Origin: a virus
Lineage: Duplodnaviria; Caudoviricetes
Direction: 5' to 3' (one strand)
Virus record (IMG/VR): IMGVR_UViG_3300023213_000554
Location: 1 to 25,666 of that record
DNA: 25,666 nucleotides
Made by a program: the position numbers and the translations under genes. Shown here in pieces: positions 24,392-25,666 of this stretch. A model generated the notes under the pieces. The model worked only from the letters and a program-made list of their open reading frames with translations. It did no database searches and was not told the DNA's origin. Each line of letters opens with the position of its first letter. The first letter of the stretch is position 1.

Positions 24392-25666
24392 TTACCGCTT
24401 GATTTCAAAGGTCAAGGGCAAAAATTGGTTGGTCCCAGCTATTCCCACCGTCAGGGCAATCTGCGCTACCGGTGCATGCAGCAGAATCGACGCGGACTGA
24501 ACCCCGGTGAATTTGGGATTGTTGGCAAAAAGGTTCTTGGCTGCTTGCAACAAGTCCTTGGCGCTTAGGTCAGCAATGTTCGTCCCGGCAGTAATTCCCA
24601 AGCCGAATTCGGGATGATGAATGAGAGAACCTAGTGGGGTTGCCACCGAAAGCCGAGCCTCTTGAACCAGGTTGGTCAACCCCACGGCCAGGCGAGTGTC
24701 TCCGTCTGGGGTAAAAACCAAGTCTCCCAGCGGGGTCAAAAGCAGGTCCACGCCACCGATTCGAACCAGGTCATCAAATTCGTTGATACCGGGGATAGAC
24801 TTAGCCTTGAAATCGTTTTGGCTCGGGGCCTCGGTGCTGGGGATGAAAATAGTCATCTGCGAGTTGGCTGTATCCGGCAAGAAAGCATGAAGAACAGCAC
24901 CGGCAAGGGTTGTGTATTGGGTCAGGTTCGGGTCACCATCCACGGAAACGATGTTGAAGCCCGGTGAAAGGTTCTCGATGCCGGTAATTCTCCGGAAGGT
25001 TCTCGGAGCCGCGACGCTACTAATGTACACACCCTGACCAACAAACAGATTCGTGGTATCTGAAACCGTAACTTGGTTACCGTTCCCATTAGTCAATAGT
25101 GTCAGGTCGAATCCAACTTCATCGATATACGGGGACCTGAGGCCATTCAGGGTTGCGATTTCGTGCCATCTATCTGGAGTCCCTAGATACAGAGCCGAAA
25201 CCTGTTCCATCGTGTGGCCATAAGGAAGCGGTACTGAGAATTTCGACGTCGGCACCGTGAAAGCGATGCCGGACCGTGTTGCCAAGCCGGCAACGAAGTT
25301 GATACTGTCGAGGAAGCTCCGGTCGTCGACCTGGCCGCTAGCGGCCAGGCGGTTAGCCTCGAGGATAGCCTGGTTCAGATTGAAGATAACGTCAAAGTCG
25401 TCAGGGGTCGGGACCTTGGTCGTGACCACGGTCTGCCGCATGAATGTCCGCGTATACGTCGGGTGGCCAGCACCGGCAAAATCTGTGAAATCATCTAGGA
25501 CCGACTGGAACGAATCTCTTATTGCCTCAAAGTCCTTCCTGGTCAGGGCCCGAACTCTGGCTCTCTCCGCGGCAATCTGCTTTGTGGTTCCGGGGCTAAC
25601 GTTCAAGGCTCCGAGTCGAATCTCCTTGAAGAAGTCGAAGTTGTCATTGGGATTGTCGAAAATCTT
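24392..25666 (-). CDS. baseplate protein with LysM-like and C-terminal gp25-like domains (5'-truncated by the window)
   Basis: The frame is open to the window edge (KIFDNPNDNFDFFKEIRLGALNVSP...). LysM-like GHTMEQVSALYLGTPDRWHEIATLNGL. gp25/GpW-like GVDLLL..GDL...GLTNLVQ...TPLGSLIHHPEFG. Confidence 0.8.
   Translation of the reverse strand, partial: KIFDNPNDNFDFFKEIRLGALNVSPGTTKQIAAERARVRALTRKDFEAIRDSFQSVLDDFTDFAGAGHPTYTRTFMRQTVVTTKVPTPDDFDVIFNLNQAILEANRLAASGQVDDRSFLDSINFVAGLATRSGIAFTVPTSKFSVPLPYGHTMEQVSALYLGTPDRWHEIATLNGLRSPYIDEVGFDLTLLTNGNGNQVTVSDTTNLFVGQGVYISSVAAPRTFRRITGIENLSPGFNIVSVDGDPNLTQYTTLAGAVLHAFLPDTANSQMTIFIPSTEAPSQNDFKAKSIPGINEFDDLVRIGGVDLLLTPLGDLVFTPDGDTRLAVGLTNLVQEARLSVATPLGSLIHHPEFGLGITAGTNIADLSAKDLLQAAKNLFANNPKFTGVQSASILLHAPVAQIALTVGIAGTNQFLPLTFEIKR

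Noticed and set aside
18352-24967. Many + strand ORFs opposite the baseplate genes (e.g. 22529-23317, 262 aa)
   Set aside because: They lie fully antisense to long coherent genes and have no recognisable motifs.
9935-25666. Bacterial contractile injection system or tailocin rather than phage
   Set aside because: The adjacent Dda-like helicase, HNH, tRNA-like element and dense small-ORF array are typical of a phage genome.
1-25666. Alternative genetic code (stop-codon reassignment)
   Set aside because: Genes tile densely under code 11, and TAA, TAG and TGA all serve as real stops at gene junctions.

Overview
This window reads as part of a large tailed phage (myovirus-like, standard genetic code) with two convergent blocks. 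The + strand from 1 to 5620 holds the 3' end of a tRNA-like element and tightly packed small genes, many joined by ATGA overlaps. These include a Dda/RecD-like SF1 helicase, a free-standing HNH endonuclease, a peptide deformylase, a SLOG-family protein and membrane or hypothetical proteins. The - strand from 5617 to 25666 is a baseplate/tail/lysis module: a LysM+gp25-like protein, a 1953-aa baseplate-J-like wedge, a gpI/gp7-like wedge, a beta-helix tailspike, adaptor-like proteins, a Kelch-propeller protein, a tube-fold protein, a Gly-rich fibre and a GH19 endolysin. A two-gene + strand envelope cassette with its own promoter interrupts this module. The most notable signals are: (1) the second wedge gene appears split in two around a three-gene tailspike cassette; (2) a 7-blade Kelch propeller is nested inside a small beta-domain that recurs across several structural genes; (3) a recurring AATCTT motif precedes late genes; (4) two DUF5658-like membrane paralogues each sit behind a sigma70-like promoter. 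All family assignments come from motif recognition by eye; no searches were run.
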